In this document: positions 17,217-26,919 of the stretch, in pieces | How positions within the stretch are numbered: the stretch's first letter is position 1 | Layout of the letters: each line of letters begins with the position of its first letter | Assembly: GCA_036396795.1 (NCBI GenBank) | Contig: DASWKF010000085.1 | Span: forward strand, 18,368 to 82,367 | Direction: 5' to 3' | DNA: 64,000 nt | Source: Gammaproteobacteria bacterium | Lineage (GTDB): Bacteria; Pseudomonadota; Gammaproteobacteria; Steroidobacterales; Rariloculaceae | The notes under the pieces: generated by a model | Databases searched by the model: none | Told to the model about the DNA's origin: nothing | The model's input: only the letters and a program-made list of their open reading frames with translations | Made by a program: the position numbers and the translations under genes

Positions 17217-18632
17217 ATGAAGCATCGCATGAGGAATCCGCGCTCTCGAATCCTCCCGGGCCCAAAGCCCTGGCTGGCGCTAATGCTCGCGACGATCGTC
17301 CTTGCCCTGCCGGTTCTCGACGCGGCCGCGCAGCTTGCCGGGATGCCCGAGGTTCCAAGCCTCGCTCCGGTCATCGATCGGATCGGGCCTGCGGTGGTCA
17401 ACATCTCGGTTCGCGGCAGCGTCGAAGTCGAGAATCCGCTGGCCAACGATCCATTCTTCCGGCGCTTCTTCGGCGTGCCGCCGGGCAACAACGGCCGCCG
17501 GGAATTTCAAAGCGCGGGATCCGGCGTCATCGTCGATGCCGCCGCAGGTTACATCCTGACCAATCATCACGTCGTCGAGAACGCCGACGAGATCACGATC
17601 ACCTTGGTCGACAACCGCAGCCTCGAGGCGCGGGTCGTCGGCTCGGATCCCGGCTCGGACATCGCCGTGCTGCAAGTCGACCCGGACGACTTGGCGGAGA
17701 TGTCGCTCGGCAACTCCGACCAGGTGCGCGTCGGCGATTTCGTGCTGGCGATCGGCAATCCATTCGGTCTGCAACACACCGTGACCTCGGGCATCGTGAG
17801 CGCGATCGGGCGCCGCGGTATCGTCAATCCGGAGGGCTACGAGGACTTCATCCAGACCGACGCCTCGATCAATCCCGGCAACTCGGGCGGCGCGCTCGTC
17901 AACCTCAACGGCGAGCTCATCGGCATCAACTCGGCGATCTATTCGCGGAGCGGCGGCAACATCGGCATCGGCTTCTCGATCCCGGTGAACATGGCTCGCA
18001 GCGTCATGGATCAGATCGTGGAATACGGCAGCGTCCGCCGCGGCCTGCTCGGCGTCAATATCGCCCCGCTGACGCCGGAGATCGCGGAAAACTACGATCT
18101 CGACTCCACCTCGGGTGCGCTGGTCACAGCCGTGAGCATGGGCTCCGCGGCCGAGCAAGCGGGCCTTCAGATCGGCGACGTGATCGTCAGCGTGAACGAT
18201 TCGGCCGTCGTCGATCCGGCGGCCTTGCGCAATGCCATCGGCCTGCTGCGTCCCGGAGACCGCGTCGAGGTCGGCTTCGTTCGCGACGGCAGGCTGCAGA
18301 CCGTGACCGCGCTCCTCGACGATCTCGACACGCCCGCGATCGCGCAGGAGAGCCTGTCGGAAATTGACCCGTCGTTCGAGGGCGCGGAGCTGGCCACCAA
18401 CAGCGAGTCCCGGCCGGACTACAACGGCGTGCCCGGGATTCTCGTCACGACCGTCGAAACCGGCAGCCCCGCTGCCGTGCGGGGCCTACGTCCCGGCGAT
18501 GTGATCACTCACATCAACCGCCAGCCGGTGCGAACGCTGGCCGAGGCCCAGGAGATCATCGAGAACGCCCGCACGGTCATCGTGCAGCTGCGGCGCGGCG
18601 ACCGGGCCCTGCTGCTGCCGATGCGTTATTAG
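17217..18632 (+). CDS. periplasmic serine endoprotease, DegP/DegQ/MucD (HtrA) family
   Basis: Signal sequence, catalytic-triad context (TNHHVV, DIAVLQV, GNSGGALVN) and two PDZ-like C-terminal domains. 471 aa. Confidence 0.9.
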   Translation: MKHRMRNPRSRILPGPKPWLALMLATIVLALPVLDAAAQLAGMPEVPSLAPVIDRIGPAVVNISVRGSVEVENPLANDPFFRRFFGVPPGNNGRREFQSAGSGVIVDAAAGYILTNHHVVENADEITITLVDNRSLEARVVGSDPGSDIAVLQVDPDDLAEMSLGNSDQVRVGDFVLAIGNPFGLQHTVTSGIVSAIGRRGIVNPEGYEDFIQTDASINPGNSGGALVNLNGELIGINSAIYSRSGGNIGIGFSIPVNMARSVMDQIVEYGSVRRGLLGVNIAPLTPEIAENYDLDSTSGALVTAVSMGSAAEQAGLQIGDVIVSVNDSAVVDPAALRNAIGLLRPGDRVEVGFVRDGRLQTVTALLDDLDTPAIAQESLSEIDPSFEGAELATNSESRPDYNGVPGILVTTVETGSPAAVRGLRPGDVITHINRQPVRTLAEAQEIIENARTVIVQLRRGDRALLLPMRY

Positions 18633-18672
18633 CAGCGATCTCAACATCCCCCCGCGAAGGCGGCTCTGAGCG

Positions 18673-19695
18673 ATGGGCTACAATGAGCCGTCCGGGATTC
18701 AGGGCAGTCGAGACTTGAGCTCAGTAGATCTTGCATCACGCAGAGTATGCATGCTCGGCGGCACGGGTTTCGTCGGCCGTCAGCTGGCGAGCGCCTTGGT
18801 CCAGGCGGGCTGCGCCGTCCGCATCCCGACGCGAAATCGCGAACGCCACCGCGGCTTGCTGGTGCTTCCCGGTGTCGAACTCATCACCGCCGACATCCAC
18901 AACGAAGCCGCGTTGCGTCGATTGCTGGCCGATTGCGACACGGTCATCAATTTGGTCGGCATACTGCACGACAGGCATCGCGACGGTCGAAGCTTTCAAC
19001 ACGTGCACGTCGCGCTGGTGGAGAAGCTGATCGCGGCGAGCCTGGACACGGGCGTCAGCCGCTACCTGCACATGAGCGCCCTCAAGGCGAACGCCGACCA
19101 CGGCCCCAGCCACTATCTGCGTAGCAAGGGCAGCGCCGAACGTGCGATAAAAACTCTCGCGGGAGGCGGCATCGACTACACGATCTTTCAGCCCTCGGTC
19201 ATCTTCGGCGCCGGTGATTCCTTCACCAATCTCTTCGCGCGTCTGCTGCGTGCGTTTCCGGTCCTGCCGCTGGCGAGGCCGGAGGCACGCTTCGCGCCGG
19301 TGTACGTCGCGAATGTCGCGCACGCCTTCCGCGCGGCGCTCGGCGACCCTGCTGCCGCGTCGAGCAAGACTTACCAGATCTGCGGGCCGGACATCATGTC
19401 GCTGCGAGAGATCGTCGCCGAGGTCGCTCGCGTGCTCGGGCTGCACCGGTTGATCATCGGCCTGCCCAACGGGCTGGCGAGAACTCAGGCATTGATGATG
19501 GACTATCTGCTGCGGGGCAGGCTGTTCTCCACCGACAGCTACAAGTCGCTGGCGGTCGCGAGCGTGTGCACCGAGAACGGCCTCGCCGAGCTAGGCGTTC
19601 GCGCCGCTTCGCTGCGCGTCGTGCTCCCCGGCTATCTCAAGGGGGCGGGTAACCAGCGCGCGTTATCCGCTCTGCGCCAGAACGCGAGCCGCTAG
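18673..19695 (+). CDS. NAD(P)-binding atypical SDR, NDUFA9-like (complex I 39-kDa subunit homologue)
   Basis: Rossmann motif VCMLGGTGFVGRQLA. YxxxK is present as YLRSK. Start is uncertain (ATG 18673, TTG 18715 or ATG 18751). Confidence 0.7.
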   Translation: MGYNEPSGIQGSRDLSSVDLASRRVCMLGGTGFVGRQLASALVQAGCAVRIPTRNRERHRGLLVLPGVELITADIHNEAALRRLLADCDTVINLVGILHDRHRDGRSFQHVHVALVEKLIAASLDTGVSRYLHMSALKANADHGPSHYLRSKGSAERAIKTLAGGGIDYTIFQPSVIFGAGDSFTNLFARLLRAFPVLPLARPEARFAPVYVANVAHAFRAALGDPAAASSKTYQICGPDIMSLREIVAEVARVLGLHRLIIGLPNGLARTQALMMDYLLRGRLFSTDSYKSLAVASVCTENGLAELGVRAASLRVVLPGYLKGAGNQRALSALRQNASR

Positions 19696-20743
19696 CCTCG
19701 GCCGCATCCAACCAGCCTTGCAAGCGTGCCGCGCGCCGGTCTTCGGCCAGCTCGGCCAAGGTCTGCATCTGCGCGTAAAACGCCGCCAGGCCTTCGCGCT
19801 CGAGATACCAGGTGAGTCCGGGCAACCAACGGCGGTAGGTCGCCACCGACGCGAGTTGCGCGTTGTTGAGCGGCTGCGCGAACCAGGCATCGTATTCGGT
19901 CACGCCGCCCCAGCCGGCCTTGGAGATCTCGTATTCGGCGCGCATCGCATCGAAGGCCGCCCGTTTCGCCGCGCGTTTTGCTTCGTCCGACAGATCCGAC
20001 GCATAGATCTCCAGCAGACGGGCCTGCTGAGCGGCGATCAAATCGGCGAAGTCGGCGTGTCGCTCGAGTCCGCGGCGAAACGCCTCCACGGTCTCGGGCG
20101 AGCCATGCGCGGACAGCCAGGCAGCGGTTCCATGCTGCTGGACGGCGGTCGCGAACGCCTCGTTGAAGTCGCTGTCGCCTTTTAAATAGAGCTTCTGGTG
20201 GGCGAGCTCGTGGAACAGGATGCCCGCGACGTAGTGCTCGCCGCCGGCCAGCATCGTGTTCAACACCGGATCGTCGAAATAGCCCAGCGTGGAATAGGCG
20301 TTCGCGCCGGCCAGGTAGGTGTCGAGGCCTTGATTCTCCAGCTTCGCGACGAAGCGCTCCGCGTCCGCGCGCTCGAAGTAGCCGCGATAGCTCACGCAGC
20401 CGAGCAGCGGGAAACACCATCTCGCCGGCTCGACGGCGAATTCCTCGGTGGCGACGACGTTCCAGACGACGTAGGGTCGCCCGAGATCGACGTAGCTTCG
20501 ATAGCTTTCGTTGTCGGGCAGCGCGAGGTGCTCGACGGCGAACCGGCGCATCTCGACGACGAGCTCGAGCGTCTCCCTGACGCCGGGTTTTTGCCGCGGG
20601 TCCGCGAGCACTGCCTCGATGGGCTCGCGGCCTCGCAGCAAGGCGAGATGACCGGCGGCCGCCTGCCAGTAGTACGGTAATGCGCAACCTGAAACGGCGA
20701 AAGCGACGGCCGTGACACCCACGCTCCTGGCGATCGAACGCAT
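19637..20743 (-). CDS. predicted zinc aminopeptidase lipoprotein (DUF2265-like)
   Basis: From ATG 20743: MRSIARSVGVTAVAFAVSGC lipobox. HELAHQ zinc motif. The family name is from memory. Confidence 0.6.
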   Translation of the reverse strand: MRSIARSVGVTAVAFAVSGCALPYYWQAAAGHLALLRGREPIEAVLADPRQKPGVRETLELVVEMRRFAVEHLALPDNESYRSYVDLGRPYVVWNVVATEEFAVEPARWCFPLLGCVSYRGYFERADAERFVAKLENQGLDTYLAGANAYSTLGYFDDPVLNTMLAGGEHYVAGILFHELAHQKLYLKGDSDFNEAFATAVQQHGTAAWLSAHGSPETVEAFRRGLERHADFADLIAAQQARLLEIYASDLSDEAKRAAKRAAFDAMRAEYEISKAGWGGVTEYDAWFAQPLNNAQLASVATYRRWLPGLTWYLEREGLAAFYAQMQTLAELAEDRRAARLQGWLDAAEASGSRSGAERITRAGYPPP

Positions 20744-20786
20744 GCGCGAAACCTTAGCACGCCGCACGCTACGGTATGATGCGGCC

Positions 20787-22013
20787 ATGGAAATTTTCGA
20801 GGTCGGCGGCGCCGTGCGCGACGCCTTGCTCGGACGGCCGGTCAAAGAGCGCGACTGGGTTGTCGTCGGCGCGACCTCCGACGAGCTCGAAAAGCTCGGC
20901 TACCGGCGGGTCGGCAAGGACTTCCCCGTGTTCCTACACCCGCAGACGGGTGAGGAGTACGCGCTGGCGCGCACCGAGACCAAGGTCGCGCCCGGCTATC
21001 ATGGCTTCGACGTCGACGCGACACCCGCGGTGAGCCTCGAGGAGGATCTCGGCCGGCGTGATCTGACGATCAACGCGATGGCGCGGGACTCGAGCGGCAG
21101 AATCATCGACCCCTACGGAGGGCAACGCGACCTCGCGGCCAAGCGCCTGCGCCACGTCTCCAACGCCTTCTGCGAGGACCCGCTGCGGGTGCTGCGCGTG
21201 GCGCGATTCCTCGCGCGGTTCCACGAGCTCGGGTTCACGGTCGCGGACGAGACGATCTCGCTCATGCGAACCGTCGTCGATGCCGGCGAGCTCGGCGCGT
21301 TGCGGCCCGAGCGCGTCTGGCGCGAGACCGAGCAGGCGTTGCGGGAACCGTCGCCGCAGCAGTACTTCGAAACGCTGCGGGCTTGTGGCGCGCTCGCCGT
21401 CGTATTCCCCGAGATCGAGGCATTGTTCGGCGTGCCCCAGTCGCCGCGCTGGCACCCGGAAATCGACACCGGAGTGCATACCCTCATGGCGCTGCGCGTC
21501 GCGGCGAGTCTGTCGCCGGATCCAGCCGTGAGATTCGCCGTGCTGATACACGACCTCGGCAAGGCCGCGACGTCCGCGGCGCTGCTTCCGGCTCACCGCG
21601 GTCACGAACAGCGCTCCGTGGAGATCATCGAGAATCTCTGCAAGCGGCTTCCCGTGCCGCGCCGCTATCGCGAGCTCGCGCTCTGCGTCGCCCGCTACCA
21701 CGGGATCATTCATCGCGCCGCGGAGCTGCGCGCGAGCACGCTGTTCAAGGTCATCGAGGCGACCGACGCGATCCGCCGACCGGAACGCCTCGAAGCCGTG
21801 CTCACGGCCTGCGAAGCGGATGCGCGGGGGCGCAAGGGGCTGGAAGCGCGGCCCTACCCGCAGCGCGAACGCCTGCTCGCCGCGCTCGCCGCAGCCGCCG
21901 CCACGAGCAGCCAGGATCTCGATCCCGAGTTGACGGGCGCCGCGCTCGGGGAGGCGTTGCGGCAGCGCCGCATCGCAGCCATTCGTGCCGCGTTAGCGCC
22001 CGCGGGCGAGTGA
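20787..22013 (+). CDS. cca: multifunctional CCA-adding tRNA nucleotidyltransferase with HD phosphohydrolase domain
   Basis: MEIFEVGGAVRDALLGRPVKERDWVVVG N-terminus, RRDLTINAMA, and HD-domain motif LIHDLGK. Confidence 0.92.
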   Translation: MEIFEVGGAVRDALLGRPVKERDWVVVGATSDELEKLGYRRVGKDFPVFLHPQTGEEYALARTETKVAPGYHGFDVDATPAVSLEEDLGRRDLTINAMARDSSGRIIDPYGGQRDLAAKRLRHVSNAFCEDPLRVLRVARFLARFHELGFTVADETISLMRTVVDAGELGALRPERVWRETEQALREPSPQQYFETLRACGALAVVFPEIEALFGVPQSPRWHPEIDTGVHTLMALRVAASLSPDPAVRFAVLIHDLGKAATSAALLPAHRGHEQRSVEIIENLCKRLPVPRRYRELALCVARYHGIIHRAAELRASTLFKVIEATDAIRRPERLEAVLTACEADARGRKGLEARPYPQRERLLAALAAAAATSSQDLDPELTGAALGEALRQRRIAAIRAALAPAGE

Positions 22014-22028
22014 CGGCTCGCCGAGCGC

Positions 22029-23177
22029 TCACAGGCGGTCGCGAAAATCCCGCCCCGGCAGAGGCTCGAGATCGAGGCCGCGGCGGAGCAGCAACAGCTT
22101 GAACCGCTCCCCCATCTCGCCGGGCAGGACGAGCGTTTTCAAGGCGCGGCTATACTCGCGATAGTCCCGCTCACCGAGCCGCTCGAGTCGATGCTGCGCA
22201 TCACAGTGCAGCAGGAACTGCCCCTGGGTCGTGAATCCCGCCACTTCCAGCCCGGCCGCCTGCGCGGCATCGGCGCAAGCGCTGAAGTCCACCCAGGCAC
22301 TGATGTCTTGCAGACCCGGCCAAAGAAACGGATCGGCATGCGCCCGGTGACGGTAGTGGCAGGTCAAGGTGCCCCGGTAGCGCGAAGGATGGTAGTACTC
22401 GCGTCTCACCAAGCCGTAGTCGATCAGGAGCACGGCGCCGCGCACGAGTGACTCGGTGACGCTCTTTAGCCAGGATGGCAGCATCAGGCACAGCTCGGAG
22501 CGAAACCCGTCCGGCAATGTCAGGCCGAGGTCACGTTCCAGCGCCTCCACGGCGGATGAGAGCGCCTCGTCTCGTGGCCCTTCGAGCCAAACGAAGCGTC
22601 CTTGACGCCAGCCGACACCGAGCGGCCTGACTCGGGAGGCGCGCTTGACGAAACGCGCCACCGGCAGTGCATCGAGCACTTCGTTGGCGAGCACGATGCC
22701 CTCGAACGGCGCGGCCGGCGGCGCATCGAGCCATTCGACTTGCGCGGCCATGGCCGCGAGGCGCTGCCGTTGGCGCTGCTTCAGATCGGCGCTGGTCTCG
22801 ATTATCCGGTACGCAGGCGCAGCTTCGCCGGTCTCCCGCCATGCCTCGAGGATGGACTGCGCGAGCGCCCCGCTGCCCGCGCCGAGCTCGAGCACGACTG
22901 GCCGCACCAGGGATTCGAGCCAGTCCGCCATCCGCGCCGCCAGGATCTGCCCGAGCAAGGGCGAGAGCTCGGGCGCCGTCACGAAATCACCCTCTGGGCC
23001 GAGCTTGACGCTGCCGGCGCTGTAGTAACCCAGGCCCGGCTCATACAAGGCCCGCTGCATGAACCGATCGAAGCCGATCCAGCCGCCGCCGGCATCGATC
23101 TCGGCGCGAACCCTTGCCGTCAAGCGCGTGCTGAGATCCCTCGCCGCGGCGTCGGGTTCTGGCACGCTCAGGGACAT
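22029..23177 (-). CDS. class I SAM-dependent methyltransferase, MidA/NDUFAF7 (DUF185) family
   Basis: From ATG 23177: MSLSVPEPDAA...FMQRALYEPGLGYYSAG...GDFVTAPELSPLLG...LELGAGSGALA. The 745-aa track ORF is an artefactual upstream extension. Confidence 0.8.
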   Translation of the reverse strand: MSLSVPEPDAAARDLSTRLTARVRAEIDAGGGWIGFDRFMQRALYEPGLGYYSAGSVKLGPEGDFVTAPELSPLLGQILAARMADWLESLVRPVVLELGAGSGALAQSILEAWRETGEAAPAYRIIETSADLKQRQRQRLAAMAAQVEWLDAPPAAPFEGIVLANEVLDALPVARFVKRASRVRPLGVGWRQGRFVWLEGPRDEALSSAVEALERDLGLTLPDGFRSELCLMLPSWLKSVTESLVRGAVLLIDYGLVRREYYHPSRYRGTLTCHYRHRAHADPFLWPGLQDISAWVDFSACADAAQAAGLEVAGFTTQGQFLLHCDAQHRLERLGERDYREYSRALKTLVLPGEMGERFKLLLLRRGLDLEPLPGRDFRDRL

Positions 23178-23252
23178 AGGGCTTCGGCCTCGGCAGCGAC
23201 AGACGACTGCGATAGTGTAACCTTGGCAGCCGTCGATCCCCGCGGAGCTTGA

Positions 23253-24014
23253 GTGGCAGACGCAGTACCCAAGACGACGCTCGAGGGCCGGTGGGCCCTG
23301 GTAACGGGCGCGGCCAAGCGCATCGGCGCGGCGATCGCCGAAGGCCTGCACGAAGCCGGCGCGAACGTCGCAGTTCACTACATGAGCTCGGCCGACGAGG
23401 CGCAGTCCCTCGTCGACGGGCTCAACGCCAAGCGCGCCGCGTCGGCATTCGCCGTGCGGGCGGACCTGGGCGATGTCGAAGCGCTGCAGCCGATGCTCGC
23501 AAGCGTGCTCGAACGCGCCGGAAGGCTCGATATTCTCGTCAACAACGCCTCGAGCTTCTATCCGACGCCGCTCGGCTCCATCACCGAAGCGCAGTGGGAC
23601 GACCTGGTCGGCAGCAATCTCAAGGCGCCCCTGTTCCTCAGTCAGGCCGCGCTGCCGAGCCTCGTCGAATCCAAGGGCGTCATCGTCAACATCGTCGACG
23701 TCCACGCGCAACGGCCGCTGCGAAACCACGCGCTCTACGGCGTCGCCAAGGCGGGGCTCGCGATGCTGACGCGTTCGCTCGCCAGGGATCTCGCTCCGAA
23801 CGTTCGCGTCAACGGCGTCTCGCCCGGTGCGATCCTGTGGCCCGAGAACGGCATGCCGGAGCGTATTCGCGATAGCATCATCCGCGAGATACCGCTGCAG
23901 CGCTCCGGCGAGCCCGGCGACATCGCCGCTGCGGTCGTGTTCCTGGTTCGCGACGCAGCCTACGTCACCGGACAGATCATCGCCGTCGACGGCGGCCGCA
24001 GCATCGGTTGGTAA
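23253..24014 (+). CDS. pteridine reductase-like short-chain dehydrogenase
   Basis: SDR motifs TGAAKRIGAAIA, NNAS and YGVAKAGL (YxxxK). N-terminus and length resemble the PTR1/FolM type. Confidence 0.7.
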   Translation: MADAVPKTTLEGRWALVTGAAKRIGAAIAEGLHEAGANVAVHYMSSADEAQSLVDGLNAKRAASAFAVRADLGDVEALQPMLASVLERAGRLDILVNNASSFYPTPLGSITEAQWDDLVGSNLKAPLFLSQAALPSLVESKGVIVNIVDVHAQRPLRNHALYGVAKAGLAMLTRSLARDLAPNVRVNGVSPGAILWPENGMPERIRDSIIREIPLQRSGEPGDIAAAVVFLVRDAAYVTGQIIAVDGGRSIGW

Positions 24015-24030
24015 AGACCGTCGGCGCGCG

Positions 24031-25419
24031 CTAGAAGGCGCCGGCATAGCGACGTGCCGCCGAGGCCGAGGGACCGAGCGGCGGGTCTTGAAGCGCGAAG
24101 GCCGGGGCTCCCGGCTTGGCGAGTGCCGCGGCGGCCGGGCAAGCACCATGCTCCACGAAATGCAGCGCACCGGCGAGCGACGCCTCCAGCGGATCCCCAA
24201 CGGCTCGCTCGAGCTCGTCGGCCGCCGCGCAATCTGTCGGCAGGCCGTCGTAGAAACCGCCCTCACCCAAGGCGTTGACGGTCTCGAAGGTTACCGCCCG
24301 AAGCAGGCGCTGGCCGCCGCAATAGCCGAGCGCCGACTGGCCCACGGGCTTGCCGAAGGTAGCCGATCCGACCAGCGCCACGACGGTATGCGGCCGCAAG
24401 CCGTTGATCACCAGCTCGCTCGCCGAAGCCGAGCTGCCCGTGGTGATGAACACGACCTGCTGCAACAGCGACAACGAGTTGGCGCGCTGCGTAAATCGCG
24501 TGACCGCGTTGAGCAGGCTCTTGGCGCTGTTGAAGCGGGTCTCGGATTGCACTTCACCGGCGGCCACGAACCCGCCGATCAGATCGTTCAGACGCCCGGC
24601 TGTCGCCACCAGGCCGCCGCCGTTATAGCGCAGATCGACGACGAGCGCCGTTGCCGAGGCAGCCTCGAACTCGGCGAAGGCCTGCTCGAGCTCTGCGTCG
24701 GCGGTCGAAACAAAGGTCCTGAGATCGAGGTAGGCCACGCGCTCGCCGCCGGCGTCGAAAATCGCCGTGAGCGGCACCGGGTCGATCGTTACGACCGCCT
24801 TCGCGAGCGTGACGTCGAGCTCGACAGCGTCGAGATCGCGGACGCTCAGCGTGCGCGTGACGCCGACGCTGTCGGGGCCGAGAGCGGCGCTCAAGCCCTC
24901 GGCCTGATTGATCTCTGCGATGCTGCGGCCATCCACGGCGAGCATGCGAAAGCCGCGCGCGAGCCCCGCGGCGGCCGCCGGTGATCCGGCGAAGACTTGA
25001 GTCAGCCTAAGGTCCGCGTTCATCGGCGGGTCCGCGAATTTCGAGCCGAAGCCGAAGCCTACGAACTGCCCCTCGCCGAAGAACTGCTGATCCGCGGCGG
25101 CGGTCGTCAAGAAGCTGAAATCCCGGTCGAACTCTTCGGGACGATAGCGCAGGAACGCGAGCAGCTCCTCAGCGTCAGCGAAGCCGGCGAGATCAAGCGC
25201 AACGTATTTCTGCTGTTGATCCGGCTCGTCGTTGAAGAAATACCACTCGCGGATGAGCTCGGCGACGGCTTGTTTTTGCGCGTCGACGCTGCAGCCGAAC
25301 GCCGCCTGCTTGCCGCTCGAGCCGCCGCTGCAAGCCGCGATGGCCGCCAGCGCCAAGCCCAAGCCGAGCAGGCCGAATCGAGTGATCCATCGCGCTTTGC
25401 CGGCGCAAGCGTCAATCAA
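24031..25419 (-). CDS. S41-family peptidase lipoprotein (C-terminal processing protease-like)
   Basis: Lipobox LAAIAAC. S41 serine context TTGSSASASELVINGL. Its start overlaps the folB stop by 8 nt. Confidence 0.7.
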   Translation of the reverse strand: MIDACAGKARWITRFGLLGLGLALAAIAACSGGSSGKQAAFGCSVDAQKQAVAELIREWYFFNDEPDQQQKYVALDLAGFADAEELLAFLRYRPEEFDRDFSFLTTAAADQQFFGEGQFVGFGFGSKFADPPMNADLRLTQVFAGSPAAAAGLARGFRMLAVDGRSIAEINQAEGLSAALGPDSVGVTRTLSVRDLDAVELDVTLAKAVVTIDPVPLTAIFDAGGERVAYLDLRTFVSTADAELEQAFAEFEAASATALVVDLRYNGGGLVATAGRLNDLIGGFVAAGEVQSETRFNSAKSLLNAVTRFTQRANSLSLLQQVVFITTGSSASASELVINGLRPHTVVALVGSATFGKPVGQSALGYCGGQRLLRAVTFETVNALGEGGFYDGLPTDCAAADELERAVGDPLEASLAGALHFVEHGACPAAAALAKPGAPAFALQDPPLGPSASAARRYAGAF

Positions 25420-25777
25420 CGAAATCTTCCCCGGTTCGCTCGATGCTGATGCCGACTGTGCGCGAGCCCCGTATCGCTCCCGGCTTGGCTACCGCGACGC
25501 GAATCCAACCGACTCCGAACTCCCTGACGACGACGCGGGCGATGGCCTCGGCCAGGGATTCGACCAGCTCGAATTCCGACTCGGCGACGAGCTCCACCAC
25601 GCGCTTCGCCACATCGCGATAGTTGAGCGTCGAGTCGACCGCATCGGCGGTCGCAGCACGTCTGGCGTCCGTCGCCATCTCGAGGTCGATGCTGACGGTC
25701 TGCTTGACGCGCCGCTCCCATTCCCAGATGCCGATGACGGCCTCCACCTGGAGCTCGCGAAGAAAGATCTTGTCCAT
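25412..25777 (-). CDS. folB: dihydroneopterin aldolase
   Basis: 121 aa, MDKIFLRELQVEAVIGIWEWERRVKQTVSIDLEM, a typical FolB N-terminus. Confidence 0.88.
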   Translation of the reverse strand: MDKIFLRELQVEAVIGIWEWERRVKQTVSIDLEMATDARRAATADAVDSTLNYRDVAKRVVELVAESEFELVESLAEAIARVVVREFGVGWIRVAVAKPGAIRGSRTVGISIERTGEDFVD

Positions 25778-25783
25778 CTGACG

Positions 25784-26824
25784 TCAACCGTTACCGACGG
25801 GACGAAGCTCGTCGAGCGGCCAGCGCGGCCGCGCGACGATCCGTGGCGACTCCCGCGCGGCGTCGCCGAGCCGGCACCATCCCGCATACGCGATCATCGC
25901 GCCGTTATCGGTGCAAAGACCCGGGCGCGGGTAGTGCACGACGATACCATGCCGCTCTCCCTGCAGCCGAAGCTCCTCGCGCAAGGCCGTGTTTGCGCCG
26001 ACGCCGCCGGCAATCACCAGCTGGCGGATGCCGGTCTCATCGACCGCGCGTAGGCATTTCGTCACCAGCGTGTCGACCACGGCGGCCTGAAACGAGGCGG
26101 CCACGTCGGCGTGCAAGCTCGGACTGGGCGCTACCCCGTCGCCGCCGCGCCGCTTCTCCAGCTCGAGCCTAACGGCCGTCTTGAGCCCGCTGAAGCTCAT
26201 GTCGAGACCCCGGCTCTTCAGCGGCCGGGGAAAAGCGAACGCCGCCGCGTCACCGCGCTCGGCCAGCGCGGCCAACGCGGGCCCGCCGGGATAAGGCAAC
26301 GACAACAGCCGCGCGACCTTATCGAAGGCTTCACCGGCCGCGTCGTCGAGCGTGTTGCCCAGGGTCTCGTAGTCACCATGGCCGCGGACCCGCACCAGCT
26401 GCGTGTGCCCTCCCGAGACCAGCAGCGCAATGAACGGGAACTCAGGTCTCGGCGTCTCGAGCATGGCCGCGAGCAAATGCGCCTCCATGTGATGCACGGG
26501 AACGGCTGGAATCGCGAGTGCGAGCGCCAGGCTCGCTCCCAGCGACGCCCCTACCATCAACGCCCCGATGAGGCCCGGGCCCGCCGCGTAGGCCACCGCG
26601 TCGAGGTCCTCGAGCGTGATCTGCGCCTCGCCGACGACGGCCCGAATCATGGGTGCCAGGCGCGCCGCATGGTCCCTCGAAGCGAGCTCGGGCACCACGC
26701 CGCCGAAAGGCTTATGGATCTCGACCTGGCTGAAGAGCGCCTCAGCAAGCAGGCCGCGGCCGGATGCGTACACGGCGACTCCGGTCTCGTCGCAGCTCGT
26801 CTCGATGCCCAGTACCTTGACCAC
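25784..26824 (-). CDS. tsaD: tRNA N6-adenosine threonylcarbamoyltransferase
   Basis: [36 protein letters not shown]. It is divergent from rpsU, the classical arrangement. Confidence 0.95.
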   Translation of the reverse strand: MVKVLGIETSCDETGVAVYASGRGLLAEALFSQVEIHKPFGGVVPELASRDHAARLAPMIRAVVGEAQITLEDLDAVAYAAGPGLIGALMVGASLGASLALALAIPAVPVHHMEAHLLAAMLETPRPEFPFIALLVSGGHTQLVRVRGHGDYETLGNTLDDAAGEAFDKVARLLSLPYPGGPALAALAERGDAAAFAFPRPLKSRGLDMSFSGLKTAVRLELEKRRGGDGVAPSPSLHADVAASFQAAVVDTLVTKCLRAVDETGIRQLVIAGGVGANTALREELRLQGERHGIVVHYPRPGLCTDNGAMIAYAGWCRLGDAARESPRIVARPRWPLDELRPVGNG

Positions 26825-26834
26825 GCCACCTGCC

Positions 26835-26864
26835 TTTACACGACTCCGCCCGGCGGGCTATTAT
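26835..26864 (+). promoter_or_regulatory. candidate sigma-70 promoter of rpsU operon
   Basis: TTTACA (26835-40), 18-nt spacer, TATTAT (26859-64). Confidence 0.4.
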
Positions 26865-26877
26865 TTCGCGGCTAAAT

Positions 26878-26905
26878 GCCGGCTTTCGCCGGCTTGTCTT
26901 TTTTT
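26878..26905 (+). promoter_or_regulatory. terminator-like hairpin in the rpsU leader
   Basis: GCCGGC-TTTC-GCCGGC followed by TTGTCTTTTTTT. It ends 6 nt before the GAGGA Shine-Dalgarno of rpsU. Confidence 0.35.
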
Positions 26906-26919
26906 GCCACGAGGATTCG

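Noticed and set aside
22029-24266. A 745-aa protein as listed in the track, and similar N-terminal extensions of the hsp20 (16391), adh (55188), Cys-rich (43827), YceI (44975), msrQ (59185), lhr (42350) and ddl (33366) ORFs.
   Set aside because: The recognisable domains begin at internal ATGs with sensible N-termini or signal peptides. The extensions overlap neighbouring real genes and have artefact-like composition.
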